From an uncultured Balneolaceae bacterium (GTDB lineage: Bacteria > Bacteroidota > Rhodothermia > Balneolales > Balneolaceae): a DNA stretch of 64,000 nucleotides. Location of the stretch: NCBI GenBank assembly GCA_964615135.1, contig CAZTOG010000010.1, positions 35,161 to 99,160 on the forward strand, given 5' to 3'. The notes beneath the pieces are model-generated. The model was not told the origin of the DNA. It searched no databases and was given only the letters and a program-made list of their open reading frames with translations. How positions within the stretch are numbered: the first letter of the stretch is position 1; every line of letters begins with the position of its first letter. Made by a program: the position numbers and the translations under genes. Shown here piece after piece: positions 40,428 to 50,526 of the stretch.

Positions 40428-42824
40428 ATGAAAAAAACAGTTTTAACTGCTTTTGTTTTACTGCTAAGTTTGCCCGCATTTGCGCAATTTACGGTATGTG
40501 GTTTTGCACAGGTAAATGGTGAAAACCAACCCGGAGCTTCAGTTACCCTTAACGTGGCCGATTCAAAGGCGAATGAGAAAGTAGAAACCGATAACAACGG
40601 TAAATTTTGCTTCAATAATGTAAAAGAAGGGAGATATCTGCTGCTGGCCGATTATGATGGGTTTTTATCCAAACCGGAAATTATTACGGTTACCGAAGAT
40701 GTACTGGATATTGTTTTAGAGGTAGAGTTTATGTCGGGCGACCTGGAAGCCATTCAGGTGCAGTCTAAAAGTGAGGCGAAAATAAAGGGGGAGCATTCTA
40801 TTAAAACGGATGTGGTAAATTTGAGAACACTCCGATTGGCATCCATAACGGTAGAAGAGAGCCTGAATCGAGCGGTTGGCGTTCGGGTCAGAAATTCCGG
40901 CGGTCTTGGTGCTGCGGCCGATATTTTGGTAGGTGGGGTGAACGGTAAATCGGTAAGGTTTTTGATTGACGGTATCCCCGTAGATTATTTGGGAACCAGT
41001 ATGGGCTTGACAAAACTGCCCGCAGGAACGCCCTCTTATATAGAAATTTACAAAGGTGTTTTGCCCACAGAAATAGGTATTGATGCGTTGGGCGCGGCCA
41101 TCAATATTGTAACAAATAAGGACGAAATAAGCAAAAATCGCATCAATTATGAAATCGGTTCGTTTAATACCCATCGTTTCAGCCTTAATTCCGTTTATAG
41201 ATATTCCGACAGGCTTTCCTTGGGCGTAAATAGCTTTGTAAATTATTCCGATAATAATTTTAAGGTAACCGGCCTGCCCGTTGACGACCCCGCTACCGGT
41301 AGGATGCTTACGGTAACCCGGCCAATGTTCCATAATGGATTTAAACAATTTAATGGCGAAATTTATACCGTTTTGAGCAACTTAAAATGGGCCGACAGAC
41401 TCAAATTTTCAGTAACCGGATTTGCCATTAAAAAAGAACTCCAAAATGATTTTGCTTCGCGGAACCGACCCTACGGCGAGGTATATATGCAAGAAAACGC
41501 GTACGCAATTCCCACCGTGTTATACGAAAAATCCGTTTTCGGCAACAAACTCGATATTTCACAATTTTTGGTTTACAGCAGCATTGATTATAAACTGGCC
41601 GACCCGCTGAAAAATGGCTATTACGACTGGTACGGTAACAAACACGAAGCCATTTCCGGCTCGGAAACGGGGATAGATCTTACTCATCTCAGCAACCGCG
41701 AAATTGATACACACATCAATAATTTTACCAGTCGCAGCCTTTTCACCTACCATATAACCTCCAACCAAAAATTGGTGCTCAATCTTATCAACAACAACTT
41801 GAAAAGAATTGCCGACGATTTGAGTCGCGATAATACCAAGACAGATATCTACTTTAATCGGTTTATTGCCGGATTAGGCTACGAATATAATTTGTTCGAC
41901 GGTCGCGCCGAAGGTCTCTCACAAATTAAGTTTCTGAATTCCCAAACCAGTGGTATAAGCAGCAGCGGAATCGGCCCGCCGGAAAATATTACGGCAAGCA
42001 ACAGCAGTTGGAGCATATCCCAATCGTTGAAAATAAATCTGTTCAATAACTGGATGTTACGCGCATCTTTGGAAAACACCTATCGCCTGCCCGATCAGGC
42101 CGAAATATTTGGCGATAATGTGTTTATAATTCCCAATTTTACCATAAAACCCGAAAAAAGCTTCAATATAAATACCGGAATTCGATATGAGAGAAATTCA
42201 AAAATAAACCTGGAGGCCAATGTATATTACCGCCTGATGCAGGATATGATCCGGTTAAAAGAAATTACCCTGTTGCAGGCGCAGCACCTGAATCTGGACA
42301 AAGTAAAAGGATATGGGGTGGAGCTGGAAGGCCAAATCTATTTTACCGATAATTTACTGGTGCATGGCAATTTGACGTATAATGAATTCCGTTTTAAAGG
42401 CTCAAGCGAAAAATTTACCCACGACAGCCACTTCATCAATGCGCGCGTAAGCAATATGCCCTTTTACTTTGGCAACCTGGGGGCGTCGTATAAGTTCGAT
42501 AATCTGATAAAACGCGAAGATAATTTCCGTTTTTATTGGGCTTATTCTTATGTACATCAGTTTTACCTCGATTTTATCGAAAAACAGTTTGAACCGGATG
42601 GTTTTTTAGGACTTTATGGCAAAAGCAAGGTTTATACCAGCCGTGTTATTCCCATGCAACAGGTGCATTCTTTGGGGGCGGTTTGGTCGCTCCCTTTTGC
42701 AAAAGGACAGGTATTTTCGCTCTCAACGGAAGTTGAAAACCTTTTTGATTCGCCTGTTTTCAATAATTTTAAAATGCAAAGTGCCGGCCGAAGCATTTCT
42801 GCAAAAATAACTCTGGAGTTTTAA
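40428..42824 (+). CDS. TonB-dependent receptor with carboxypeptidase-regulatory-like N-domain
   Basis: Signal peptide (LLLSLPAFAQ). A CarbopepD_reg-like segment (GENQPGASVTLNV...NNGKFCFNNVKEGRYLL), a plug domain, and a barrel ending in ...AKITLEF. The ATG at 40428 is preferred over the TTG at 40425. Confidence 0.85.
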   Translation: MKKTVLTAFVLLLSLPAFAQFTVCGFAQVNGENQPGASVTLNVADSKANEKVETDNNGKFCFNNVKEGRYLLLADYDGFLSKPEIITVTEDVLDIVLEVEFMSGDLEAIQVQSKSEAKIKGEHSIKTDVVNLRTLRLASITVEESLNRAVGVRVRNSGGLGAAADILVGGVNGKSVRFLIDGIPVDYLGTSMGLTKLPAGTPSYIEIYKGVLPTEIGIDALGAAINIVTNKDEISKNRINYEIGSFNTHRFSLNSVYRYSDRLSLGVNSFVNYSDNNFKVTGLPVDDPATGRMLTVTRPMFHNGFKQFNGEIYTVLSNLKWADRLKFSVTGFAIKKELQNDFASRNRPYGEVYMQENAYAIPTVLYEKSVFGNKLDISQFLVYSSIDYKLADPLKNGYYDWYGNKHEAISGSETGIDLTHLSNREIDTHINNFTSRSLFTYHITSNQKLVLNLINNNLKRIADDLSRDNTKTDIYFNRFIAGLGYEYNLFDGRAEGLSQIKFLNSQTSGISSSGIGPPENITASNSSWSISQSLKINLFNNWMLRASLENTYRLPDQAEIFGDNVFIIPNFTIKPEKSFNINTGIRYERNSKINLEANVYYRLMQDMIRLKEITLLQAQHLNLDKVKGYGVELEGQIYFTDNLLVHGNLTYNEFRFKGSSEKFTHDSHFINARVSNMPFYFGNLGASYKFDNLIKREDNFRFYWAYSYVHQFYLDFIEKQFEPDGFLGLYGKSKVYTSRVIPMQQVHSLGAVWSLPFAKGQVFSLSTEVENLFDSPVFNNFKMQSAGRSISAKITLEF

Positions 42825-42827
42825 AGA

Positions 42828-44147
42828 ATGCATAGGTACAGGAATTATATAGCCCTTTTCGCACTAATATTTGCAGTGATAAATACGGCCTGTATGGTAG
42901 AGAATCTGGAGGATCAAATCGAAATTCCAAAAACCGATTTCGGCCAATTTAATTATGTAATTGCAACCGAAGACGCATCCACCGAAGACATCACCGTTTT
43001 CTACTCGTTCAACCTGCATGATATTGATCCCGATATTTCATACGATTTGATTGGAGATGGCGCATTTTTTGTGAACTCAAATCCATCGGTATCGTCCGGG
43101 CATTATTCGATGAATCAGTATCTATTCTCGCTGGCCAAAGACAAAAAGGGATATTCGTCAACGCCGGGGCTGTACCGTTTGACCCTGAACGACAAAAACA
43201 GAATGTATATAGATGAAAGTCTGAGCATTTCGAAGAATAATCTGTTTCCTGCACGCCAATTGGATATTGTGGATGAGCATCTGGGTTATTTCTACGACGA
43301 GGGCAAAGAAGCGTACAAAATCCAATCGTTCGACCCTGCCCGAATGATTTTAACGGGCTCCATAGATTTAAAACCAATCATCGAAGAGTTCAGGCCAAAT
43401 GTGCAATGGACGGATGAAACGGGCAATAACCTGGTGCGTGTGGGCTCGCTGGTGCTGGACCATAAACAAGGCAAATTATTTGTAAGTGTTACATTTTTGG
43501 AAGAGGCCGGTTTTAATTTAATAGCGGACGATGAAACCCATTTTTACCTCGCCGTAATAGATATACAAACCAATGAAGTTGAAAAAATAATTGCCTACGA
43601 AGGGGTAAGAACCGTCGGTTTTTTTGTATCCGAAAATAAAGCCACCACTTTAGGTGATGACGGTAACCTGTATTTTAGCTCATGGGGCTGGAATCAGTTC
43701 AACGCACACAATCCATCTACGGTATTTCGCATAAAAAAAGACGAAACCGATTTCGATGAGGAATGGTCGATAAATATAGAAAGAATGTTCGGGCCGGAAC
43801 GTATTGCACAATCTATTATAGCCTATAATGGCAAGATATATTTGCACATATCGGAAAATCCTTACGTTTTTTCAGATGATGCACCCACCCATATCAGAAT
43901 GAATTATTACGAAATCGATCCGTCAACGCCGGGAACGGCCAAAAAACTGGATATTCCAACTTCAAACTCATCACCACGCATGAACGTATTCAGTATTGTG
44001 GACGATAAACTTTTCATGGCTGTGCCAAATCTGGAAAAAGAAAAGTTCAACGGTTTTTATTCTCTGGACAAAAACGGAGTTCTCAAAAAAGAGATAACCA
44101 TACAAAACAAATACCGCCCTACGCGTTTGTACAAGCTACATCCTTAA
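42828..44147 (+). CDS. Lipoprotein, possibly DUF4374-like (XusB-like) partner of the TonB receptor
   Basis: Signal/lipobox (VINTAC). 439 aa and beta-rich, starting 3 nt after the receptor stop. The size and position match DUF4374 lipoproteins that accompany TonB receptors in Bacteroides. The family assignment is from memory, not from an alignment. Confidence 0.35.
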   Translation: MHRYRNYIALFALIFAVINTACMVENLEDQIEIPKTDFGQFNYVIATEDASTEDITVFYSFNLHDIDPDISYDLIGDGAFFVNSNPSVSSGHYSMNQYLFSLAKDKKGYSSTPGLYRLTLNDKNRMYIDESLSISKNNLFPARQLDIVDEHLGYFYDEGKEAYKIQSFDPARMILTGSIDLKPIIEEFRPNVQWTDETGNNLVRVGSLVLDHKQGKLFVSVTFLEEAGFNLIADDETHFYLAVIDIQTNEVEKIIAYEGVRTVGFFVSENKATTLGDDGNLYFSSWGWNQFNAHNPSTVFRIKKDETDFDEEWSINIERMFGPERIAQSIIAYNGKIYLHISENPYVFSDDAPTHIRMNYYEIDPSTPGTAKKLDIPTSNSSPRMNVFSIVDDKLFMAVPNLEKEKFNGFYSLDKNGVLKKEITIQNKYRPTRLYKLHP

Positions 44148-44246
44148 AATTGGAAATATTTTTCAGCACAACTATAACCGAGTCCAAAAATTGTGCCCAA
44201 AAATGCTTAGCTTTGCTACCCAAAGAATGTAATACAGTTTTTATAC

Positions 44247-45323
44247 ATGAACATAGAAGAAAAATTAAAACAGATAAAATCACGGTTCGAAGAAGTTACC
44301 ACCGCCATGAGCGACCCGTCCATTTTCGATAATCCCGAAAAATATACCGAATTGACCATAGAGCACGGTAACCTTAAGGAATTGGTGGAAGATTATGATG
44401 CGTGGGCCGATTTAAATCACCGAAAAAAGGGCAATGATGAACTGATAGAAATGAACGAAGATCCCGAAATTACTGAGTTGGCCAGGGAAGAAAACAAAGA
44501 GATTGCTGAAGAATTAGAGAAACTGGAAGGGAGTATAAAGTTTAAGTTAATCCCGAAAGATCCCGAAGATGCCCGAAATGCCATTATGGAAGTGCGGGCG
44601 GGAACCGGTGGCGACGAAGCCGCGTTATTTGCCGGCGAATTGTTCGATATGTATCGTCGATATGCCGACGGCCAGGGTTGGGAAGTCAGTATTTTGGGAC
44701 TTCACGAATCGGAAGTTGGCGGATACAAAGAAATTACATTCTCGCTCGAAGGAAAGGAAGTATTCGGTAAAATGAAATACGAATCGGGAGTACACCGTGT
44801 GCAAAGGGTGCCTGCCACCGAAAGTCAGGGCCGTGTGCATACATCGGCGGCAACCGTGGCCGTTTTGCCCGAAGTGGAAGAGGTTGACATAGAAATCAAT
44901 CCATCCGATTTGCGAATCGATACGTTTAGGGCAAGCGGTGCGGGTGGACAGCACGTAAACAAAACGGATTCAGCCATCAGAATTACGCACGAACCTACCG
45001 GAATTGTGGTGGAATGCCAGCAAGAACGCTCGCAGCACCAGAACAAAGAAAAAGCTATGGTGATGCTCCGCTCCAGAATGTACGATATTGAATTGGAAAA
45101 AAAGCAAAAAGCACGCGCCGCCGAACGCAAAAGTCAGGTATCCACGGGCGATAGATCGGCAAAAATACGAACTTATAATTTCCCGCAAGGCCGCTGCACC
45201 GACCACCGCATAAACCTGACCCTGTACAATTTGGATAATATTATGAAAGGTGATTTACACGAACTAATAGAAGCTTTGCAGGTACAGGATAACCTGGAGA
45301 AATTAAGCGAACTGAGTGAGTAA
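44247..45323 (+). CDS. prfA: Peptide chain release factor 1
   Basis: GGQ motif ([11 protein letters not shown]) and the RF1-specific PAT tripeptide (RVPATES). Confidence 0.95.
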   Translation: MNIEEKLKQIKSRFEEVTTAMSDPSIFDNPEKYTELTIEHGNLKELVEDYDAWADLNHRKKGNDELIEMNEDPEITELAREENKEIAEELEKLEGSIKFKLIPKDPEDARNAIMEVRAGTGGDEAALFAGELFDMYRRYADGQGWEVSILGLHESEVGGYKEITFSLEGKEVFGKMKYESGVHRVQRVPATESQGRVHTSAATVAVLPEVEEVDIEINPSDLRIDTFRASGAGGQHVNKTDSAIRITHEPTGIVVECQQERSQHQNKEKAMVMLRSRMYDIELEKKQKARAAERKSQVSTGDRSAKIRTYNFPQGRCTDHRINLTLYNLDNIMKGDLHELIEALQVQDNLEKLSELSE

Positions 45324-45360
45324 AAAGCAGTGTGCAAACAACAGAGTATTCCATAAAAAA

Positions 45361-45392
45361 AGCCCGTTTTACACAAAAACGGGCTTTTTTGC
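45361..45392. terminator. Bidirectional rho-independent terminator
   Basis: Stem agcccgttt / aaacgggct flanked by A and T runs, between convergent prfA and pckA. Confidence 0.8.
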
Positions 45393-45412
45393 TTTATGGA
45401 AATAAATTTAAA

Positions 45413-47023
45413 CTAGGCTTTTACTTTAGGGCCAGCTGCCTTGAGCTCATCGCTGGCCTGATCTTCGAACTGTTTGAAGTTTTCGATAAACATTTTTGCC
45501 AGCTCGCCGGCTTTTTTATCGTAATCGTCGCCATTTTCCCAGGAATTACGAGGCATCAGTACCTTAGAGGGTACACCCTCAATCGAGGTAGGCACTTTTA
45601 AACCAAAAACAGGGTCTTCTGCGTATTCCACATTATCCAGTTTCCCATCTATGGCCTGTGCCAACATGGTACGGGTATAAGCCAATTTCATGCGCGAGCC
45701 CACGCCATAAGGTCCGCCCGACCAACCGGTATTCACCAACCAAACATTTGCACCATGTTTGCGAATTTTATCTGCCAACAGTTCAGCATATACCGTTGGA
45801 TGCGATGGCATGAACGGTGCTCCAAAACAGGCCGAAAAAGTGGCTTGTGGTTCGGTAACGCCGCGCTCGGTTCCTGCAACTTTTGCAGTATAACCGCTAA
45901 TAAAATGGTACATGGCTTGCTCCGGGGTCAGCTTAGAAATGGGAGGGATTACACCGAAGGCATCCGCCGTTAGAAAAATAATGTTTTCGGGGTGATTGCC
46001 CGTGCCCGTTTTGCTGGCATTGGGAATAAAATGGATTGGATATGCACAGCGTGTGTTCTGGGTCAGGCTCACATCGTCAAAGTCGGGCTCCCGATCATCG
46101 TTCAGAATTACGTTCTCCAGAATAGTGCCGGGCATTTCGGTGGTTGCATAAATCATCGGTTCGTTTTCGCGCGATAGATTAATGGTTTTTGCATAGCAAC
46201 CGCCTTCAAAATTGAAAACCCCTTTATCGTCCCAGCCATGCTCGTCGTCGCCAATCAGAATTTTGTCGGGGTCGGCTGAAAGAGTGGTTTTACCGGTTCC
46301 CGATAGCCCAAAAAACACGGCTGTTTTGCCATTTTTATCGTGATTTGCCGAACAGTGCATGGGCATAATGCCTTTTTGGGGCAATAAATAATTCATAACC
46401 CCGAATATTCCTTTTTTTACCTCACCCGAATAAAGCGTTCCGCCTATCAAAATGATTTTTTTCTTAAAATCGCACAAAATAAAGGTGCTGGTAGGGGTTC
46501 CGTCCACTTTTGGGTCTGCTTCGAAGAACGGAGCCGCCAAAACGGTAAACTCCGGCTCATGGCCGGCCAATTCTTCTTTAGAGGGCCTGATGAACATATT
46601 ATGCGCAAATAAGGCATGATAGGCCGCTTCGCTTACCACACGTACTTTCAACCTATTTTCTTCGTCCGCACCGCAAAAAACATCTTTAACAAAAAGTTTT
46701 TTATTGTTTAAATAATCCTGAACTTTTGCATATAAATTATCGAATACTTCCTGCGTGGTTTCCTGGTTAAAACCGCCCCAATCGATATGGTCCGTAAAGC
46801 CTTCCTGTTTTACAAAAAACTTATCTTTTGGCGAGCGGCCGGTGTATTTTCCGGTATGTACCAAAAGCGCATGATCTTTGGTAAGCATAGCTTCGCCATT
46901 TAAAATGGCATGCTCGTATAACTCAGCAGGATTCAAATTCCAGTAAACATTTTTATTGTTTTCCAGACCTAAATAGTCTAAACCAAAATGACTTTTAGGA
47001 TTTGTATTATAGTTAACTCTCAT
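45413..47023 (-). CDS. pckA: Phosphoenolpyruvate carboxykinase (ATP)
   Basis: 536 aa with the kinase-1a motif FFGLSGTGKTTLS and overall ATP-PEPCK architecture. Confidence 0.95.
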   Translation of the reverse strand: MRVNYNTNPKSHFGLDYLGLENNKNVYWNLNPAELYEHAILNGEAMLTKDHALLVHTGKYTGRSPKDKFFVKQEGFTDHIDWGGFNQETTQEVFDNLYAKVQDYLNNKKLFVKDVFCGADEENRLKVRVVSEAAYHALFAHNMFIRPSKEELAGHEPEFTVLAAPFFEADPKVDGTPTSTFILCDFKKKIILIGGTLYSGEVKKGIFGVMNYLLPQKGIMPMHCSANHDKNGKTAVFFGLSGTGKTTLSADPDKILIGDDEHGWDDKGVFNFEGGCYAKTINLSRENEPMIYATTEMPGTILENVILNDDREPDFDDVSLTQNTRCAYPIHFIPNASKTGTGNHPENIIFLTADAFGVIPPISKLTPEQAMYHFISGYTAKVAGTERGVTEPQATFSACFGAPFMPSHPTVYAELLADKIRKHGANVWLVNTGWSGGPYGVGSRMKLAYTRTMLAQAIDGKLDNVEYAEDPVFGLKVPTSIEGVPSKVLMPRNSWENGDDYDKKAGELAKMFIENFKQFEDQASDELKAAGPKVKA

Positions 47024-47244
47024 TTTTAGTTTATTGATTAAAATGTGGCCGTAAAGTTAAGTATTAAACATTAGAATTTTAAGTTTTACTTTAATAAAAC
47101 TTGATTTTAAAATCTATTTAATGCCTTGGAAAAAAGCGCTTTTCTAATTAATGTAAGCACATAACAAGGCTTAAATATAGTCAAAGTATTTGTATATAAA
47201 ATGAAATTTAATAACCGAAAATCAGTAACACTTCAGTAAAAAAT

Positions 47245-48141
47245 ATGACAGAGCATCCAAATACCGTAAAAGTTGGGCTGATTCAAACCACCTGCTCCGA
47301 TAACACCTCCGAAAACCTATATAAACAGATGAGTTTGATAAGAGACGCTGCCGGTCAGGGCGCGCAGATTATCTGCCTTCAGGAATTTTTTAATACGGTA
47401 TATTTCAGTGTCAAATATGATGAAAAAAACTTCGATTTGGCCGAACCGCTTAACGGAGAAATGACCGATAGCCTTGCCGGCCTTGCCAAAGAACTGGAAG
47501 TGGTAATCATTGCACCGTTTTTTGAGAAAAGAGCAAAGGGACTGTACCATAATTCGCTGGTTGTTATAGATGCGGACGGCACTTTATTGGGCTCGTATAG
47601 GAAAACACACATCCCCGATGATCCCGGATTTTACGAAAAATACTATTTCGCTCCCGGCGATGAAGAATCGGGTTTTAAAGTATTTGATACGCAATACGGC
47701 AGAATAGGCACGCTAATCTGCTGGGATCAATGGTATCCCGAAGCTGCCCGAATTACCGCCTTGATGGGAGCAGAAATAATATTTTATCCAACTGCTATAG
47801 GAACGCTGCGAAGCGAAGGTCGCGCGGAAAGAAAAGAATTTCAAGATGCCTGGGAAACCATTCAGAGAAGCCATGCCATTGCTAATGGTTGTTTTGTGGC
47901 ATCCGTAAACCGGGTGGGCAAAGAAAGCGGCACCAAATATTGGGGTGGTTCCTTTGTGGCTGCGCCGTTCGGACAAATACTGGGCAAAGCCGGCGATAAA
48001 GAAGAAGTGTTGGTAGTGGAATGCAATCTGGACGAAGTAGAACAGCAACGCCGAACCTGGCCCTTTTTAAGAGACCGCAGAATAGATTTGTACGGCGGCA
48101 TCCTCAAAAGATATATCGACGACGTGCCGGAAAATGAATAA
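47245..48141 (+). CDS. aguB: N-carbamoylputrescine amidase (nitrilase superfamily)
   Basis: Glu-Lys-Cys triad contexts (CLQEFF, YRKTHIP, LICWDQWYPE). 8-nt overlap with the agmatine deiminase gene. Confidence 0.8.
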   Translation: MTEHPNTVKVGLIQTTCSDNTSENLYKQMSLIRDAAGQGAQIICLQEFFNTVYFSVKYDEKNFDLAEPLNGEMTDSLAGLAKELEVVIIAPFFEKRAKGLYHNSLVVIDADGTLLGSYRKTHIPDDPGFYEKYYFAPGDEESGFKVFDTQYGRIGTLICWDQWYPEAARITALMGAEIIFYPTAIGTLRSEGRAERKEFQDAWETIQRSHAIANGCFVASVNRVGKESGTKYWGGSFVAAPFGQILGKAGDKEEVLVVECNLDEVEQQRRTWPFLRDRRIDLYGGILKRYIDDVPENE

Positions 48142-49189
48142 AACCTATTTTATGCCCGCTGAGTGGGAAAAACACTCTGCCACACAGCTGCATTGGCCAT
48201 CAAACAGAGAAACCTGGCCCGGCGAGCGCCTTGAAAGAGTGGAGCAGGTATATGTGGAAATTATCGGCGCATTGCATACATACGAGCCTATACACCTTTT
48301 TGTAAGCAATGAAAATATCAAGAAACGGGCAGAAAACCGGTTGAAAGATGCGGGTGTGGATTTTTCACGTATCCACTTCCACGTGCAGAAAATAAATGAC
48401 GTATGGGCACGCGATTGTGGTCCCATTTTTGCCAAAAACGGGGAAGGGAAATTCATTCTTTTGGATTGGGAGTACAACGCCTGGGGCGAAAAATATCCGC
48501 CATTCGATGCCGATAATTTCATTCCAACCTATGTGGCAGATGTTCTGCGCATGGAAAGAGTAGAACCCAAAATGGTGCTGGAAGGCGGAGCCATAGACGT
48601 GAACGGAAAAGGTGTTTTATTGACTACCGAATCGGTGCTTTTGAACAAAAATCGAAACCCGGATCTCACAAAAGAGCAGATTGAAGAGCGTTTAAAAAAA
48701 TATTTAGGATTGGAACAGATTATCTGGCTGAAAAAAGGACTTGCGGGCGATGATACCGATGGACATATAGACGATATCACACGTTTTTTAAACGAAAACA
48801 CTGTGCTGACCATGATAAGCAACGATAAAAATGACGTAAATTATGAGGCGCTGCAAACCAATCTGGAAATCTTGAAATCGGTAAAATTGGCTAATGGCAA
48901 AAACTTAAAAATTGAAACACTGCATCTCCCCAATACCAAAATTGAAGGCACAACGGTGGACGGTTCCGAATATGTTCCGGCAAGCTATGCCAATTTCTAC
49001 ATAGCAAATGGCGTGGTGCTGGTGCCTCTTTACGATCCGGCGCACGACCAACAAGCAATGCAATTATTAAAAAAATACTTCCCCGAAAGGGATATAATAG
49101 GCATAAACTGCGCCGATTTGGTTTGGGGCCAGGGCTCCATACATTGTATAACACAACAATGGTATTTTAACGAATATAACAGGCTATAA
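48134..49189 (+). CDS. aguA: Agmatine deiminase
   Basis: MPAEWE start, WARDCGP, and the C-terminal catalytic Cys context GQGSIHCITQQ. Confidence 0.9.
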   Translation: MNKTYFMPAEWEKHSATQLHWPSNRETWPGERLERVEQVYVEIIGALHTYEPIHLFVSNENIKKRAENRLKDAGVDFSRIHFHVQKINDVWARDCGPIFAKNGEGKFILLDWEYNAWGEKYPPFDADNFIPTYVADVLRMERVEPKMVLEGGAIDVNGKGVLLTTESVLLNKNRNPDLTKEQIEERLKKYLGLEQIIWLKKGLAGDDTDGHIDDITRFLNENTVLTMISNDKNDVNYEALQTNLEILKSVKLANGKNLKIETLHLPNTKIEGTTVDGSEYVPASYANFYIANGVVLVPLYDPAHDQQAMQLLKKYFPERDIIGINCADLVWGQGSIHCITQQWYFNEYNRL

Positions 49190-49199
49190 AATCAGAAAA

Positions 49200-50369
49200 A
49201 TGAGCCAAAAAAACAGATTCTACTCTTATTTGAATTCAGCGGAGGAAATACTTTCCGGCTACGATGGGTCCGAACCCTTTTCCATTGCCATAAGAAGATT
49301 TTTCAGAGTGCATAAAAAATATGGTTCACGCGACAGACGAACGATATCGCATCTGTGCTACTGCTATTTTCGCTTGGGTAAATGGAATATGGATTTGCCG
49401 ATTCAAGAAAGGATTTTAACTGCTTTATTTTTATGCTCAGAAAACGAAAATGCCATCATCGATGCCATAAAACCGGAATGGTCGGATAAAATAACTCAAT
49501 CCATTCAAGAGAAAATGACGTTTTTGAATGTTGATGCAAAGCAGGTTTTTCCATGGCAGGACAAGCTGGACAAAAAAGTGGATTTTGAACCATTTACAAT
49601 ATCCCACTTCATACAACCGAGGCTGTTTTTACGTATCCGGCCGAAAAACCAGGATTTGGTGCTTAAAATCCTCCAAAAGCACGAGGTGGATTATGAAACG
49701 CATTCAGATAACGGCATTTCCGTAGCCAATGGTACTCAAATCGATAGGTTTTTTACACCTGACAATGAAATAGTGGTGCAAGATTACAGTTCGCAGCGGG
49801 TAATCGAACTTTTTAATGAAGCCGACTTGCCCGAAAATGCAGAAGTTTGGGATAGTTGCGCCGGCAGCGGCGGTAAATCGTTGCTGATTTACGACGAAAA
49901 TCCAGATATAAAACTCACGGTATCGGATGTTCGTCCGAATATTTTGAACAATCTCAAAAGCAGGTTTAAAACGGCGGGAATCGAGAACTATAAAAGTATG
50001 GTTTTGGATTTATCGGCAGTGGAATCAACCTCCATCAACAAAAAATTTGATATGATTTTGGTTGATGCGCCTTGTACCGGTAGCGGAACATGGAGCAGAA
50101 CACCGGAGCAATTATTTCATTTCAGGGCGGAAAAAATAAATGAATATTCTAAAATTCAGCAAAATATTTTGGATGCAGTAATACCGAATATCAAACCGGG
50201 CGGGTATCTATTATACATTACCTGCTCCATTTTTGAGGCAGAAAACGACGCCCAAATACAAAGAACGGTTCTAAAGCACGGATTGCAGTTAATAAACTCG
50301 AAATTGCTGCCGGGATATAGCGAAAAAGCAGATACTTTGTTCGGCGCTCTCTTAAAAAAACCGGAATAA
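49200..50369 (+). CDS. RsmB/NOP2-family RNA cytosine-C5 methyltransferase
   Basis: SAM motif DSCAGSGGKS, DAPCTGSGT and TCS motifs with the two catalytic Cys. Confidence 0.8.
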   Translation: MSQKNRFYSYLNSAEEILSGYDGSEPFSIAIRRFFRVHKKYGSRDRRTISHLCYCYFRLGKWNMDLPIQERILTALFLCSENENAIIDAIKPEWSDKITQSIQEKMTFLNVDAKQVFPWQDKLDKKVDFEPFTISHFIQPRLFLRIRPKNQDLVLKILQKHEVDYETHSDNGISVANGTQIDRFFTPDNEIVVQDYSSQRVIELFNEADLPENAEVWDSCAGSGGKSLLIYDENPDIKLTVSDVRPNILNNLKSRFKTAGIENYKSMVLDLSAVESTSINKKFDMILVDAPCTGSGTWSRTPEQLFHFRAEKINEYSKIQQNILDAVIPNIKPGGYLLYITCSIFEAENDAQIQRTVLKHGLQLINSKLLPGYSEKADTLFGALLKKPE

Positions 50370-50526
50370 ATCAAAATACTGCAAAATTGGCACAGAATTT
50401 AACCCGATTATGCTTTTATAGGCGTATAAACCCATCAAAAATCACATTTTTTGCCAATAACTGTTGTTCAACTTTAATATCTTATAAGATTGAAGGAATT
50501 TTTACTCAGATAAGCATAAAATATCG

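Noticed and set aside
44150-44332. 60-aa ORF overlapping the start of prfA
   Set aside because: It overlaps prfA in another frame, has no recognisable motif and is explained by the prfA 5' region.
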